A stretch of 64,000 nucleotides of DNA from Myxococcales bacterium (GTDB lineage Bacteria; Myxococcota_A; Polyangia; Polyangiales; Polyangiaceae), in NCBI GenBank assembly GCA_043747615.1, contig JAYTOU010000032.1, forward strand, positions 1 through 64,000, in the 5' to 3' direction. Under the pieces are notes generated by a model that worked only from the letters and a program-made list of their open reading frames with translations, did no database searches and had not been told where the DNA came from. Both the position numbers and the translations under genes were made by a program. Positions 29,938 through 39,604 of the stretch are shown in pieces (the first letter of the stretch is position 1; the number at the start of each line of letters is the position of its first letter).

Positions 29938-31688
29938 TCGCCGGCGATGCTCATGAACGCTGCTTGAAGCGCGGCGAGCGTTGCATTTGCGCGCTTCTCG
30001 GCGTCGGCGAAGGGCTCTCGGTCGACCACCGCTTCGCGCACGTCGAAGTAGAATTTGACCTTCGGCTCGGTTCCGCTGGGGCGCGCGATGATCCGGCTGC
30101 GCCCCGCGAGCTCGTAGGTGATGACGTTGCTCTTGGGGAGAGTGAGCGCGCTCGTCGTGCCGTCGGCAAGCACGCGCCGGGTCTGGGCGGCGAAGTCGCT
30201 CACGGCGATCACCTCGAGCGGACCGATCACCGTGGGTGGTGCCGCGCGCAGACGATCCATCAGAGCTCGGATTTCTTCCTGACCCGAGGCGCCTTTCTTG
30301 GTGACGCTCACCTGCTGACTCACGTAGAGGCCGAATTTTCGACAGATGAGCTCGAGCTCTTCGAGGACCGTTTTTCCCCGGGTGCGAAGGGTCACCGTGA
30401 CCTCTCCCATCATCACCGCGGCGCTGATCCCATCTTTGTCGCGGACGACGTCGCCGACCGTGTAGCCGAGGGCCTCCTCGTAACCGAAGACGAAGGCCGT
30501 TCCGTCGCGCTCGAGCTCCATGGCGCGGTTGGCGATCCATTTGAATCCGGTGAGCGTCTCTTCGTAGTGCACACCGAGCGCGTGAGCGATCGTGCCGAGC
30601 ATCGGGGAAGAGACAATCGACGCCAGGACCGCAGTCTTGCCGGGGGGCTTCGTACCTTCCGTGAGGAGGTAGTGGCCAAGGAGGACGCCGAGCTGATTAC
30701 CTGTAAGCTGCATGTATCCGCTCGGCGAGTCTTTCGAGGGGACGGCCGCCGCAAGCCGATCGGCGTCGGGATCGTTGGCGATCACCAGAGCGGCACCGAG
30801 CTTGCGGGCAAGCGCAAACGAGAGATCCATTGCCCCTTTCTCTTCGGGGTTCGGAAAAGCCACCGTGGGGAAACGGGCGTCCGGTGCCTGCTGCTCGGGC
30901 ACGCTCGTTACGTTCGTGAAGCCCGCTTCCGCGAAGGCCTTCCGGGCCAGGCGATCACCGACGCCATGCATCGGCGTGTACACGATCACCAGATTGCGAT
31001 CGCCACCCGCGTTCACTTCGAGGGCGCGCACCGCATCGAGGTAGGCGCGCTCGACCGCCGGCGGCACGGGCTGCCACATCTCCGATTTTTCGGCTTCGCT
31101 GCGGGAGAGGCGAGGAACGTTGCGGGCCACGGGCGCCTTGGCGATCGCCGCTGCGATGGCCACGTCGATCGGCGGAATGATCTGCGCGCCGTTCCCCCAG
31201 TACACCTTGTACCCGTTGTACTCGGGCGGATTGTGGCTCGCGGTGACCATCACGCCGGCGGCGGCTTTCAGGTATTTCACACCGAACGCCGTGAGGGGCG
31301 TGGGGGCGTAGTCTTCGAAGACGAGCGCGCGAATGCCGATCGCCGCGAGAACGCAGGCCGTGTCCTCCGCGAACTCGCGACTGAGACGCCGCCCGTCGAA
31401 GCCGATGACGACGCCTCTGGTTTTCGCGTCGGGTACCGTGGCGAGGAGATACTGGCCCAAGCCCCACGTCGTGCAGAGGACGACTGCGCGATTCATGCGG
31501 TTCGGCCCCGCACCGATCACCCCGCGAAGCCCAGCCGTGCCGAACTCGAGCGCTCCGGCGAAGCGGTCGGCGAGATCCGTCTTCGTGAGATCAGGCGCCG
31601 CGAGTAGGTCGGCGATCTCGCGCTGCGTGGCCGGATCGGGGTCGTTGTCGGCCCATTGCTGGGCAAGGCTGCGGAGTTGGTCAGTCAC
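29934..31688 (-). CDS. Phosphoglucomutase/phosphomannomutase
   Basis: FGTAGLRG, TASHNP, DPDADR, GYEEALG and RPSGTEPK. Start inferred. Confidence 0.93.
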   Translation of the reverse strand: MTDQLRSLAQQWADNDPDPATQREIADLLAAPDLTKTDLADRFAGALEFGTAGLRGVIGAGPNRMNRAVVLCTTWGLGQYLLATVPDAKTRGVVIGFDGRRLSREFAEDTACVLAAIGIRALVFEDYAPTPLTAFGVKYLKAAAGVMVTASHNPPEYNGYKVYWGNGAQIIPPIDVAIAAAIAKAPVARNVPRLSRSEAEKSEMWQPVPPAVERAYLDAVRALEVNAGGDRNLVIVYTPMHGVGDRLARKAFAEAGFTNVTSVPEQQAPDARFPTVAFPNPEEKGAMDLSFALARKLGAALVIANDPDADRLAAAVPSKDSPSGYMQLTGNQLGVLLGHYLLTEGTKPPGKTAVLASIVSSPMLGTIAHALGVHYEETLTGFKWIANRAMELERDGTAFVFGYEEALGYTVGDVVRDKDGISAAVMMGEVTVTLRTRGKTVLEELELICRKFGLYVSQQVSVTKKGASGQEEIRALMDRLRAAPPTVIGPLEVIAVSDFAAQTRRVLADGTTSALTLPKSNVITYELAGRSRIIARPSGTEPKVKFYFDVREAVVDREPFADAEKRANATLAALQAAFMSIAGE

Positions 31689-31762
31689 ACCGAGCGATTT
31701 GACGCATCGGCGATGCGGCGGCAAGACCCGAAGGTCGACGAGGCCGTATACTCGCGCCGAAA

Positions 31763-33322
31763 ATGCTGCGCTACGCGATCAAGCGTTTTTTGTGGGCCAT
31801 CCCCACGCTCGTCGGGATCAGCGTTCTCGTCTTCTTGTTGACGAGCTTGATCCCGGAGCCCGGAGGCGACTCAGCCGGTGGCCGCGCGGCGATCTTGGCC
31901 CGTGATCCCTCGGCGTTCGACGCGATGGAGGAGCAGCGGCGTCAGCGATTTCTCGACGTCCCGCGCTTTTTCAACGCCAAGCCAAAGGACATTCGCGCGC
32001 AGGCTACCGAAGCAGTGACCCACATCGTGGCCGAAGACGCCGAGGCATCCGTCGCCGCGCATCGACTGGCCCGGCTCGGCGGAGCGGCCCTCCCTTACGT
32101 GCTGCCCAAGCTCGACAACCTTCCGCCTGGCGCGCGTGGTCGGGTGGCCGTCGCTCTCGCACCGATCGCAGAGCGCATGGGAATCGGTGAGCACGCCAAG
32201 ATCGACGATCCGCTTCTTGCGTCGATTTTTTGGGCGCATTTTTGGGAGGACCGAGCCCTCGAGTTCACAGAGCCGTCGGTGCGGCGCGCGGTCGGGCGGC
32301 TTGTGCACCACTCGACCGAGCAGCGCGAGCACGAGCTCATGCAGGTCGATACCTTCGCACTCGGTGAGGTGATTCCCGCGATGCTCGAGACCCACGATCG
32401 GGACGCGCTCACCCGCCTGGCAACCATTGCCGCACACACCACCGGAAGAACCGTCGAGATCCCGCCCGACGCCGACGGGGAGTTCGTCAGGCGCGCAATC
32501 GCCGACTGGCAAGAGTGGTGGTACGTGCACCGCACCGACTACGTCGCGCTCAATGGCGCCGAACGCTTGACGGCGACGGTGACCGAGACGCGCTACGGCA
32601 AATGGATCGCGCGCGCAGCGACGGGTCAGCTCGGGGTCAGCCCTCGCGACGGTGAGCCGATCCTCGACAAGCTCCGGGCCCGCGCGCCGGTGACTTTGGC
32701 CCTCACCGGCCTGGCGATGCTTGCAAGCTACATGATTGCCATTCCGGTCGCGATGATCAGCGCATGGCGTCGCGGCAAGGCCGTCGACCACGTGCTGGCC
32801 TTCAGTCTCTTCGCGCTCTACTCGCTGCCCACCTTCTGGACGGCGGAGATTTTCGCTCGGATCGCGCCGAACGCCTCTGGCGCGGAGCGGCTTATTTTAC
32901 CGGTGATTGCCCTCACGCTGGCCTCCCTCGCCTCTCTGTCTCGTCATCAACGAAGCGCGATGCTCGAGGTGCTCGGGCAAGACTACGTGCGCACGGCGCG
33001 CGCGAAAGGGGTACCCACGTGGCGGGTCCTCGTGGTGCACGCGCTTCGTAACGCGATGATGCCGACGGTGACGCTAGCCGGGATGCAGCTGCCTGCCCTC
33101 CTCGGCGGAGCGTTCATCGTGGAGGAAGTCTTCGGCCTGCCTGGGCTCGGCTTCGAGTCGCTTCGTGCCGTCGAAGCGCACGACTCGGCGTGGCTCGTCG
33201 CGATCGTGCTCGTCACCGCTGTCTTCACGACGGTCGGACTCATCGCGAGCGACGTTGCGTATGGGCTGCTCGATCCCCGGGTGCGTGAGACGATGCTGCG
33301 CCCGAAGGCGGTGCGAGCGTGA
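31763..33322 (+). CDS. Peptide/nickel ABC transporter permease (OppB/DppB-like) with a large insert
   Basis: MLRYAIKRFLWAIPTL N-terminus and the EAA loop EVLGQDYVRTARAKG...HALRNA. Confidence 0.85.
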   Translation: MLRYAIKRFLWAIPTLVGISVLVFLLTSLIPEPGGDSAGGRAAILARDPSAFDAMEEQRRQRFLDVPRFFNAKPKDIRAQATEAVTHIVAEDAEASVAAHRLARLGGAALPYVLPKLDNLPPGARGRVAVALAPIAERMGIGEHAKIDDPLLASIFWAHFWEDRALEFTEPSVRRAVGRLVHHSTEQREHELMQVDTFALGEVIPAMLETHDRDALTRLATIAAHTTGRTVEIPPDADGEFVRRAIADWQEWWYVHRTDYVALNGAERLTATVTETRYGKWIARAATGQLGVSPRDGEPILDKLRARAPVTLALTGLAMLASYMIAIPVAMISAWRRGKAVDHVLAFSLFALYSLPTFWTAEIFARIAPNASGAERLILPVIALTLASLASLSRHQRSAMLEVLGQDYVRTARAKGVPTWRVLVVHALRNAMMPTVTLAGMQLPALLGGAFIVEEVFGLPGLGFESLRAVEAHDSAWLVAIVLVTAVFTTVGLIASDVAYGLLDPRVRETMLRPKAVRA

Positions 33323-34398
33323 GCATCGCCCAGGCCGCCGTACCGGAAAGCTCCGTACGTAGCGTGTTTAGACACCTCCGCCGAAACCGTCTTCCCTTCA
33401 TCGGCGGCGTCTTCATCGCCTGCCTCGTGCTCACGGCGATCTTCGCCGACGTGCTCGCCAGCGATCTCCCCGTGGCCTGCCGCGTCCACGGATCAACCCA
33501 CATCCTTCCAAACTTGAATCGTCCCCCGACGCTCGCGAGCTACGACTGCGCGCGCATCGAAGACGAGCTCGGCGAAGGCGACTGGGCGGTCTACCCTCTG
33601 GTTCGGTTCGGCCCTTCGCAGACGAGCGCGCACGGTCGCATCGACGCGCTTCGTCCGCCGTCATTCCTCCACGGACATCCCTTCGGCACCGACGATCGTG
33701 GCCGCGATGTCTTTGCCCGCGTGGTGCATGGCGCACGCACCTCGCTCACGGCGGCGCTCATCGCTGTGCTCGGCTTCGTTGGCGTCGGCGCGGCCCTCGG
33801 CGCATTCGCCGGCTTTTTCGGCGGAATTTTCGATGGTTTTGTCGCTCGCCTGGTCGAGACGGTCAGCGCGTTTCCCACCATCGTTCTCGTGCTGGTGGTG
33901 CAAGCCCTCCTGCCGCATCCCACGATGGTCACGATGCTCATCGCCATTGCTCTTACGCGCTGGCCAGAGATTACTCGCCTCCTCAGGGCCGAGGTGATGA
34001 TCGTCGCGTCGCAAGAGTACGTCCTTGCGGCCCGTGCCCTCGGCGCAACTCCCTGGCGCGTGCTCACCCGCCACGTGTTCCCGAACGTCAAGGCCTCCAT
34101 CGTGATCGCGCTCACCTTCGGGATCGCCTCGGTCGTGCTCATTGAGGCGTCCCTGTCGTTTCTCCGGGTTGGGGTGCCGCCGCCTACGCCGTCGTGGGGA
34201 GAGACCCTCAGCGAGGTTCGCGATCACACCGAAGCGTGGTGGCTGCTTGTCGTCCCGGGGCTGGCGGTGTTCGCCACGGTCTCGTCACTAAACCTGATCG
34301 GCGAAGCGCTACGCGATCTCCTCGATCCGAGACTCCGCGTGGACGCCCCACTTCATTCGGGCCCAGTGGCCGTGTCATCCAGCAGCCCGTCCCCCTGA
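33319..34398 (+). CDS. Peptide ABC transporter permease (OppC/DppC-like)
   Basis: HPFGTDDRGRDVFARVVHGARTSL, EYVLAARALGA and GEALRDLLDPR. Confidence 0.9.
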   Translation: MSIAQAAVPESSVRSVFRHLRRNRLPFIGGVFIACLVLTAIFADVLASDLPVACRVHGSTHILPNLNRPPTLASYDCARIEDELGEGDWAVYPLVRFGPSQTSAHGRIDALRPPSFLHGHPFGTDDRGRDVFARVVHGARTSLTAALIAVLGFVGVGAALGAFAGFFGGIFDGFVARLVETVSAFPTIVLVLVVQALLPHPTMVTMLIAIALTRWPEITRLLRAEVMIVASQEYVLAARALGATPWRVLTRHVFPNVKASIVIALTFGIASVVLIEASLSFLRVGVPPPTPSWGETLSEVRDHTEAWWLLVVPGLAVFATVSSLNLIGEALRDLLDPRLRVDAPLHSGPVAVSSSSPSP

Positions 34399-34420
34399 TT
34401 TTTCGTGGTAAAGAAGCCGC

Positions 34421-35116
34421 ATGTCGATCTTGGGTGGCATGAGCGGAAAAGGGCCCGGCGGGCCCGCGGGCGGAGCGTCGGACGTCGTCACGGTGACGGA
34501 GCGCGACTTCGAAGAGGTCGTGATCCGCAGCGAGCTGCCGGTGATGATCGAATTCATCACGGGCTCGGGCGCAGCGGCCAAACAGATCGCATCCGAGGTG
34601 GAGAGCTTTGCCCGCGAGATGCGCGGCAAGGTGCTCACGGTGAAGGTCGACGTCGAGAAGGCGCCTGTCCTCGCGCGCGAGCTCCGTGTGCAGCAAGTCC
34701 CGACGTTCATGGTCTTCGCCGGTCAGCGCATCGTGGACGTGCAGGTCGGCGCCCTCCGCAAGAAGAAGATGATGGAGATGGTCGAGCCCTATCTTCCGCG
34801 CTCCGAAGGAGCCATCAAGGTGCTCGAGCTTGTGCAGCTGATCAAGCAAGGCCAAGTCGTCGCGGTCGACACGCGCGACGCCGCAGCATTCGGGCGCGCG
34901 CACATCCCGAAGGCTTCGCACATGGCGCTCGAAGAAATCGAAACCCGCTTGGCCGAGCTGGCGATGATCTCCGAACGCCCCGTCCTCTATTGCCGCAGCG
35001 GAGACAAGACGAAGGAGCTCGCCGCGCGCCTGGCCGATTCGGGAATGCCCGTGGCCTACCTCGAGGGCGGGCTGCTTGCGTGGGAAGGCGAAGGCCTCCC
35101 CATCGAACGTGGCTGA
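34421..35116 (+). CDS. Thioredoxin-like domain (no CxxC) fused to a rhodanese domain
   Basis: Trx-fold pattern (V.E..F...V......V.IEF, KVDV, VPT) followed by DTR...HIP...YCRSG...LEGGLLAW. Confidence 0.8.
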   Translation: MSILGGMSGKGPGGPAGGASDVVTVTERDFEEVVIRSELPVMIEFITGSGAAAKQIASEVESFAREMRGKVLTVKVDVEKAPVLARELRVQQVPTFMVFAGQRIVDVQVGALRKKKMMEMVEPYLPRSEGAIKVLELVQLIKQGQVVAVDTRDAAAFGRAHIPKASHMALEEIETRLAELAMISERPVLYCRSGDKTKELAARLADSGMPVAYLEGGLLAWEGEGLPIERG

Positions 35117-35162
35117 GCGCGGATCGACAAATTCCAGGTCGAGCTTTAGGCTGCGGGGGACG

Positions 35163-35666
35163 ATGGCGGGGAAAATGAATCAGCCGACCGAGGATGCGAG
35201 GCATGAGACGCCGAGTCTGGACCACTTCCGACAGCTCCTCGCGACGCACATGGCGAAGCGGGGGCTTCGATCTACCGATCAACGCCGACTCATCGTGGAG
35301 ACGTTTTTTCACGCTCCGAATCACGTGAGCATCGAAGAGCTCTTGGCCCAAGTGCGCGCGCAAGATCCGAAAGTCGGGTACGCGACCGTTTACCGCACGC
35401 TCAAGCTGCTCACCGAGTGCGGCGTCGCCAACGAGCGCCGCTTCGGCGGAGACGGGCTGACGCGCTACGAGCTTGCCGATGACTCGTCACACCATGACCA
35501 CCTGATCTGCGTCGAGTGCGGGGCGATCACCGAATTCGAAGAGCCGAGGATCGAGGTCCTACAAGAGCAAATCGCCGCGAGCTACGGCTTCGAGCTCGTC
35601 AGTCACAAGCACGAGATGTACGGCGTCTGCCCCGATTGCCAGCGCAAAAAGCAGAAACGAAATTAG
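35163..35666 (+). CDS. fur: Fur-family transcriptional regulator
   Basis: GLRSTDQR, ATVYRTLKLL, HHDHLICVECG and YGVCPDC. Confidence 0.9.
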   Translation: MAGKMNQPTEDARHETPSLDHFRQLLATHMAKRGLRSTDQRRLIVETFFHAPNHVSIEELLAQVRAQDPKVGYATVYRTLKLLTECGVANERRFGGDGLTRYELADDSSHHDHLICVECGAITEFEEPRIEVLQEQIAASYGFELVSHKHEMYGVCPDCQRKKQKRN

Positions 35667-35702
35667 CCGCGCGGCGATGAGCGCGTTGAAGCCGCGCGGC
35701 TA
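35664..35702. terminator. Inverted repeat between convergent fur and rny
   Basis: TAGCCGCGCGGC-15 nt-GCCGCGCGGCTA; both stop codons lie in the arms. Confidence 0.55.
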
Positions 35703-37379
35703 CTTTGCGTAGTCGACGGCGCGTGTTTCGCGGACAACGGTCACGCGGATCTGCCCGGGGTAGCTGAGCTCGTCCTCGATGCGCTTCGAGATTTCGCGGG
35801 CGAGGAGCGCGGCCTCCGCGTCGCTCACTTCGCTCGGTTCGACGATGACCCGAATCTCTCGACCTGCTTGGATGGCAAACGCGCGCTCCACCCCTGCGAA
35901 CCGGGAGGAGATCGCCTCGAGATCGTGGAGGCGTTTGACGTAGCCTTCGAGCATTTCTCGGCGAGCACCGGGGCGCGCGCCGGAGAGGGCGTCTGCCGCG
36001 GTGACGAGATTTCCGATCACGCTGGTCGCAGCCTCATCGTTGTGGTGGCAGGCAATGCCGTTGACGATTATCGCCTCTTCGCCGAATTTGCGCGCGATCT
36101 GGCCGCCGATCATGGCGTGCCCGCCTTCTTGTTCGTGGCTCACGGCTTTGCCGATGTCGTGAAGGAGCCCGGCGCGGCGCGCGAGCTTCTCGTCCTGTCC
36201 GAGCTCGGCGGCCATCATCCCGCATAGGTATCCACACTCGATCGAGTGCTTGAGAACGTTCTGCGCGTACGAGTAGCGGTAGCGAAGCTGACCTAGAAGG
36301 CGGGTAATTTCAGGGTGAACGCGGGTTACTCCGAGCTCGACGCACGCCGCCTCGGCGGCCTCGGCGATCAAGCGATCCACTTCTTCGTGCGCCTGACCGA
36401 CGGCCTCTTCGATGCGCGTTGGGTGAATGCGTCCGTCCTTGATCAGATTCTCCACCGCGAGCCGGGCGACCTCGCGGCGCACGGGATCGAAGCCGCTGAT
36501 CACGATCGTCTCGGGAGTGTCGTCGATGATGAAATCGACGCCGCACATTTCCTGGAGCGCGCGAATGTTGCGCCCTTCGCGGCCGATGATGCGCCCCTTC
36601 ATGTCGTCGTTGGGGAGGTGGATCGACGTCACCGCGCGCTCCTGTACTTGGTCGCCCGCGAAACGCTGGATGGCGAGACCGATGATGCGCTTCGCCTTCT
36701 TGTCTGCCTCGTCACGCGCGAGATCCTCGATGGCCTTCGCCTCGCGAGCAGAGTCGCGCCGCACGCCGTCGAGCAGATCTTCCATCAGGCGTTTTCGAGC
36801 CTCGTCGCCGCTCAATCCTCCGACGGCTTCGAGGCGCGTGCGTCGCTCGCTCACCAGCTTGACCACCTCTTCTTGGGTGGCGCGGACGCCTTCTTCTGTC
36901 ACCCGAAGGGCTTGCTCGCGCTTGGCGATTTCCTCTTCCTTGCGGGCGACGAGCTCTTCTTTCTCGACCGCAGTTTTCTCACGCTGCGCAGCTCGCTCCA
37001 CGCGAAGCGCTGCCTGGCGGTCGGCCTCGGTGGCCTCGCGGCGTGCCTCTTCTTTCATCGATACGACGGCCTTCATCGCCGCTTCTTTGGCTTCGACCGT
37101 CGCTTCTTTCTTCGCGGTGTCGGCGTCGCGGCGCGCATCGTCGGCTTGCTTGCGCAGCCCCTCGCCCTCCTTGCGTGCACGCTCGAGGGATTCTTCCGCC
37201 TCACGACGCCACGCATCGACTTTCCCTCGCTCTTCAACGCGCACCGCTTCGAGAAGTCGGCCTCTGTCGCGGAGCTCGAGGTTGAGCAGCTCCTGGTATT
37301 TCGTGCGGGCAAAACCGTACGCCGCGGCGGCCGCCATCGCGGTTCCACTGAAGAAGTAAAGTACCGGATCGACGTCCAT
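35700..37379 (-). CDS. rny: Ribonuclease Y
   Basis: N-terminal TM, coiled coil, KH domain (KGRIIGREGRNIR) and HD domain (LLHDIGK, AADALSGARPGAR). Confidence 0.95.
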   Translation of the reverse strand: MDVDPVLYFFSGTAMAAAAAYGFARTKYQELLNLELRDRGRLLEAVRVEERGKVDAWRREAEESLERARKEGEGLRKQADDARRDADTAKKEATVEAKEAAMKAVVSMKEEARREATEADRQAALRVERAAQREKTAVEKEELVARKEEEIAKREQALRVTEEGVRATQEEVVKLVSERRTRLEAVGGLSGDEARKRLMEDLLDGVRRDSAREAKAIEDLARDEADKKAKRIIGLAIQRFAGDQVQERAVTSIHLPNDDMKGRIIGREGRNIRALQEMCGVDFIIDDTPETIVISGFDPVRREVARLAVENLIKDGRIHPTRIEEAVGQAHEEVDRLIAEAAEAACVELGVTRVHPEITRLLGQLRYRYSYAQNVLKHSIECGYLCGMMAAELGQDEKLARRAGLLHDIGKAVSHEQEGGHAMIGGQIARKFGEEAIIVNGIACHHNDEAATSVIGNLVTAADALSGARPGARREMLEGYVKRLHDLEAISSRFAGVERAFAIQAGREIRVIVEPSEVSDAEAALLAREISKRIEDELSYPGQIRVTVVRETRAVDYAK

Positions 37380-37388
37380 GAGCCCTTC

Positions 37389-38054
37389 TTATGCGTCCGA
37401 TGCGCTTGTCGGCGCACCTGCAGGAAAAATTCGGCGGTCCGTCACCACCCAGGCGAGCGCGACGTCACCTTCGGTCACGGGCACTTCTGAAATGAGCTGG
37501 TAGTCGTAGGCCACCACGAACGTGACTGCCTTCGGTGCGAAAGGCGGAAGTGCGCGATCGTAGTAACCGGCGCCATAGCCGATTCGGTGCCCGTCGACGT
37601 CGACGGCCAACGCGGGAACGACGATAACATCGAGCTCGCCCGCAAGCGCAATGGGCGCGCTGGACGCAGGCTCGGCGAAACCGTAGCCGGCCTCTTCGAG
37701 AGTCGCAGGATCGTCCACGCGCTTGAACGTCATGAGCGATGTCTCGGGATCGATCGCCGGATAAAAGATGGAGACCGAGAGGGCGCGCAAACTGGCATCG
37801 AGCGTTCGAAGGTCGACCTCGTGACGGGCCTCGATCGGCCAAAACAGAGCTACCGTGCGCGCGGCCGCGAGTGCGGGGTGGGTCTCGAGCTTTTCTACGA
37901 TCAGCTTCGATCGTTCCATGCAGGCCGTGAGGGGCGTCGTTTTTCTGAGCCCGCGCATCCGCTTGCGGAGCTCGGCCTTCACCTTCCGCCGGATGAAATC
38001 TTCCGGTGGAAGCTCGCGCTCGAGGGGCGCCTGCTCGAAGGGATTACGAATCAT
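37389..38054 (-). CDS. 5-formyltetrahydrofolate cyclo-ligase
   Basis: K.ELRK, EVD, DVIVVPALAVD..GHRIGYGAGYYDR. Confidence 0.92.
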   Translation of the reverse strand: MIRNPFEQAPLERELPPEDFIRRKVKAELRKRMRGLRKTTPLTACMERSKLIVEKLETHPALAAARTVALFWPIEARHEVDLRTLDASLRALSVSIFYPAIDPETSLMTFKRVDDPATLEEAGYGFAEPASSAPIALAGELDVIVVPALAVDVDGHRIGYGAGYYDRALPPFAPKAVTFVVAYDYQLISEVPVTEGDVALAWVVTDRRIFPAGAPTSASDA

Positions 38055-38060
38055 GCATGC

Positions 38061-38220
38061 CTCAGCCTACCACGCCGCACGCTCGGGAGAGCTTGCGGTC
38101 AGCCCGATCTGCGCGGCGTCGATGCCTTCGCAGTGGCTCGGGATCATCCTCAACCGTGAGCTCGGGCTGCGGGTTCGACCTGGGAACAGATACGGGTAAT
38201 ACTAGTGCGTGGCTCGTGAG
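38061..38220 (-). ncRNA. ssrS: Probable 6S RNA
   Basis: Canonical position directly upstream of the 5-FTHF cyclo-ligase. Rod-like pairing: CCACGC/GCGTGG termini, CAGCCCGA/TCGGGCTG inner stem and a central unpaired bubble. Ends approximate. Confidence 0.7.
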
Positions 38221-38259
38221 TCCTTGAAGCGCACGAGCGGCTGTTGGGTCCGAAACTTC

Positions 38260-38628
38260 GTGACGACAACCGTGCTTGCCATGCTGGTCGCATGCACGTC
38301 GCCCGCACCGATCTGTCCGAGCGGCGGGTATGACAGTCTCGCGGTCACGGTCACCGATGCCCTGTCGGGGCTCGACGTCTGCGGCGCATCCGTCGTTGCG
38401 AGCGAGGGCACGTCGATGTACCGGCTTCAAGAGATCGCCGGCGCGTCGGATGCCTCCTGCCGCTATTATTTCTATATCAAGGGTGCCGGCACGCAGACGT
38501 ACACAGTCTCCGTCACCGCGCCGGGGTACAAGCCGGGACAGGCGTCGAACGTGACCGTCGCGTTTGACGGTTGCGGACACGTGCAGAACACACAGGGCGT
38601 CGCGATAAAACTCGTTCCGGCCCCTTAA
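38260..38628 (+). CDS. Small hypothetical lipoprotein (beta-sandwich-like)
   Basis: LAMLVAC lipobox; V.VTDA..G...YTVSVTAPGY pattern of carboxypeptidase-regulatory-like domains. Start uncertain (38209, 38224 or 38260). Confidence 0.55.
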   Translation: MTTTVLAMLVACTSPAPICPSGGYDSLAVTVTDALSGLDVCGASVVASEGTSMYRLQEIAGASDASCRYYFYIKGAGTQTYTVSVTAPGYKPGQASNVTVAFDGCGHVQNTQGVAIKLVPAP

Positions 38629-38749
38629 TTCGGCGGCCAGAGGCCATGCAACCACGAGAGTCGTCACCGTCAGCGCAGACCATACGAGGCCCGGAACACG
38701 TCGGCCTCCGTGCGTGGCGAAACAACAGCACGTCGCAGTGTGGCTCAGC

Positions 38750-39604
38750 TCACATCACGGGGAAGCGGCTGCGTACGACCACCTCGCCAACTTTCCCTCT
38801 ACGCGCAGCATTCGAATTGATGCTGCGCGACGCAAGCACGTAGTCGATTCGAAACCCGGCGTAGAGCTCGCGAATGGCGGGAGTGTCTGAGTTCGACAGC
38901 ATGACGTGAACACCTTTGGCGGCGAGCTTCGTGAACACGGTCGCGAGCTCGCGCTGCCTCTCCCAGCCGAAACCACCGGGGATGTACGACGTGAAGTCGG
39001 CGGTCTCGGACACGGGATCGTAGGGCGGATCGAAGTAGACGAAGTCGCCGGCCCTCGCGCGCGACACGACTTTCGCAAAATCACGAACTTTGATCTCGGC
39101 GGTCTTGAGGACCAGCGAGCACGCGCGGAGGTTGTCCTTGTCGCAAAAAGATGGGTTCGTGTAGCGGCCGATGGGAACGTTGAAGCGGCCCGCGCGGTTC
39201 ACGCGGTAGAGACCGTTGAAGCCCGTCTTGTTGAGAAAAATGGTCCGCGCTGCGCGTTCGGGCGCCGGAAGCGACGCCGGATCCAACTCTCGCACGCGGT
39301 AGTAATGTTCGCGGTCGTAGCGGTGCTTCTCTAGCGCGAGGATCACATCCTCGACGCAATCGCGAACCGCGCAGTAGGTGTTGATGAGCTCGGCGTTGAC
39401 GTCGGTCAGGACCGCGCGCTTCGGCTTCATCGAAAAGAAGAGCGCTGCGCCGCCCACGAACGGCTCGAAGTAGCGTCCCGCCGTTCGGTCGAAGTCTTCG
39501 GGAATCAGCGAACGAAATTGCTGGAGGAGCTGCCCCTTCCCGCCGACCCACTTGAGAAAAGGCCGCGCCTCGCGATCCGATTCGCTGATGGATCGCGCGC
39601 GCAT
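38750..39604 (-). CDS. dam: DNA adenine methyltransferase, Dam/D12 class (orphan)
   Basis: PFLKWVGGK, YFEPFVGG, FNGLYRVN..G.FNVP.G, YFDPPY and MLSNS. TGATG overlap with the upstream stop. Confidence 0.9.
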   Translation of the reverse strand: MRARSISESDREARPFLKWVGGKGQLLQQFRSLIPEDFDRTAGRYFEPFVGGAALFFSMKPKRAVLTDVNAELINTYCAVRDCVEDVILALEKHRYDREHYYRVRELDPASLPAPERAARTIFLNKTGFNGLYRVNRAGRFNVPIGRYTNPSFCDKDNLRACSLVLKTAEIKVRDFAKVVSRARAGDFVYFDPPYDPVSETADFTSYIPGGFGWERQRELATVFTKLAAKGVHVMLSNSDTPAIRELYAGFRIDYVLASRSINSNAARRGKVGEVVVRSRFPVM

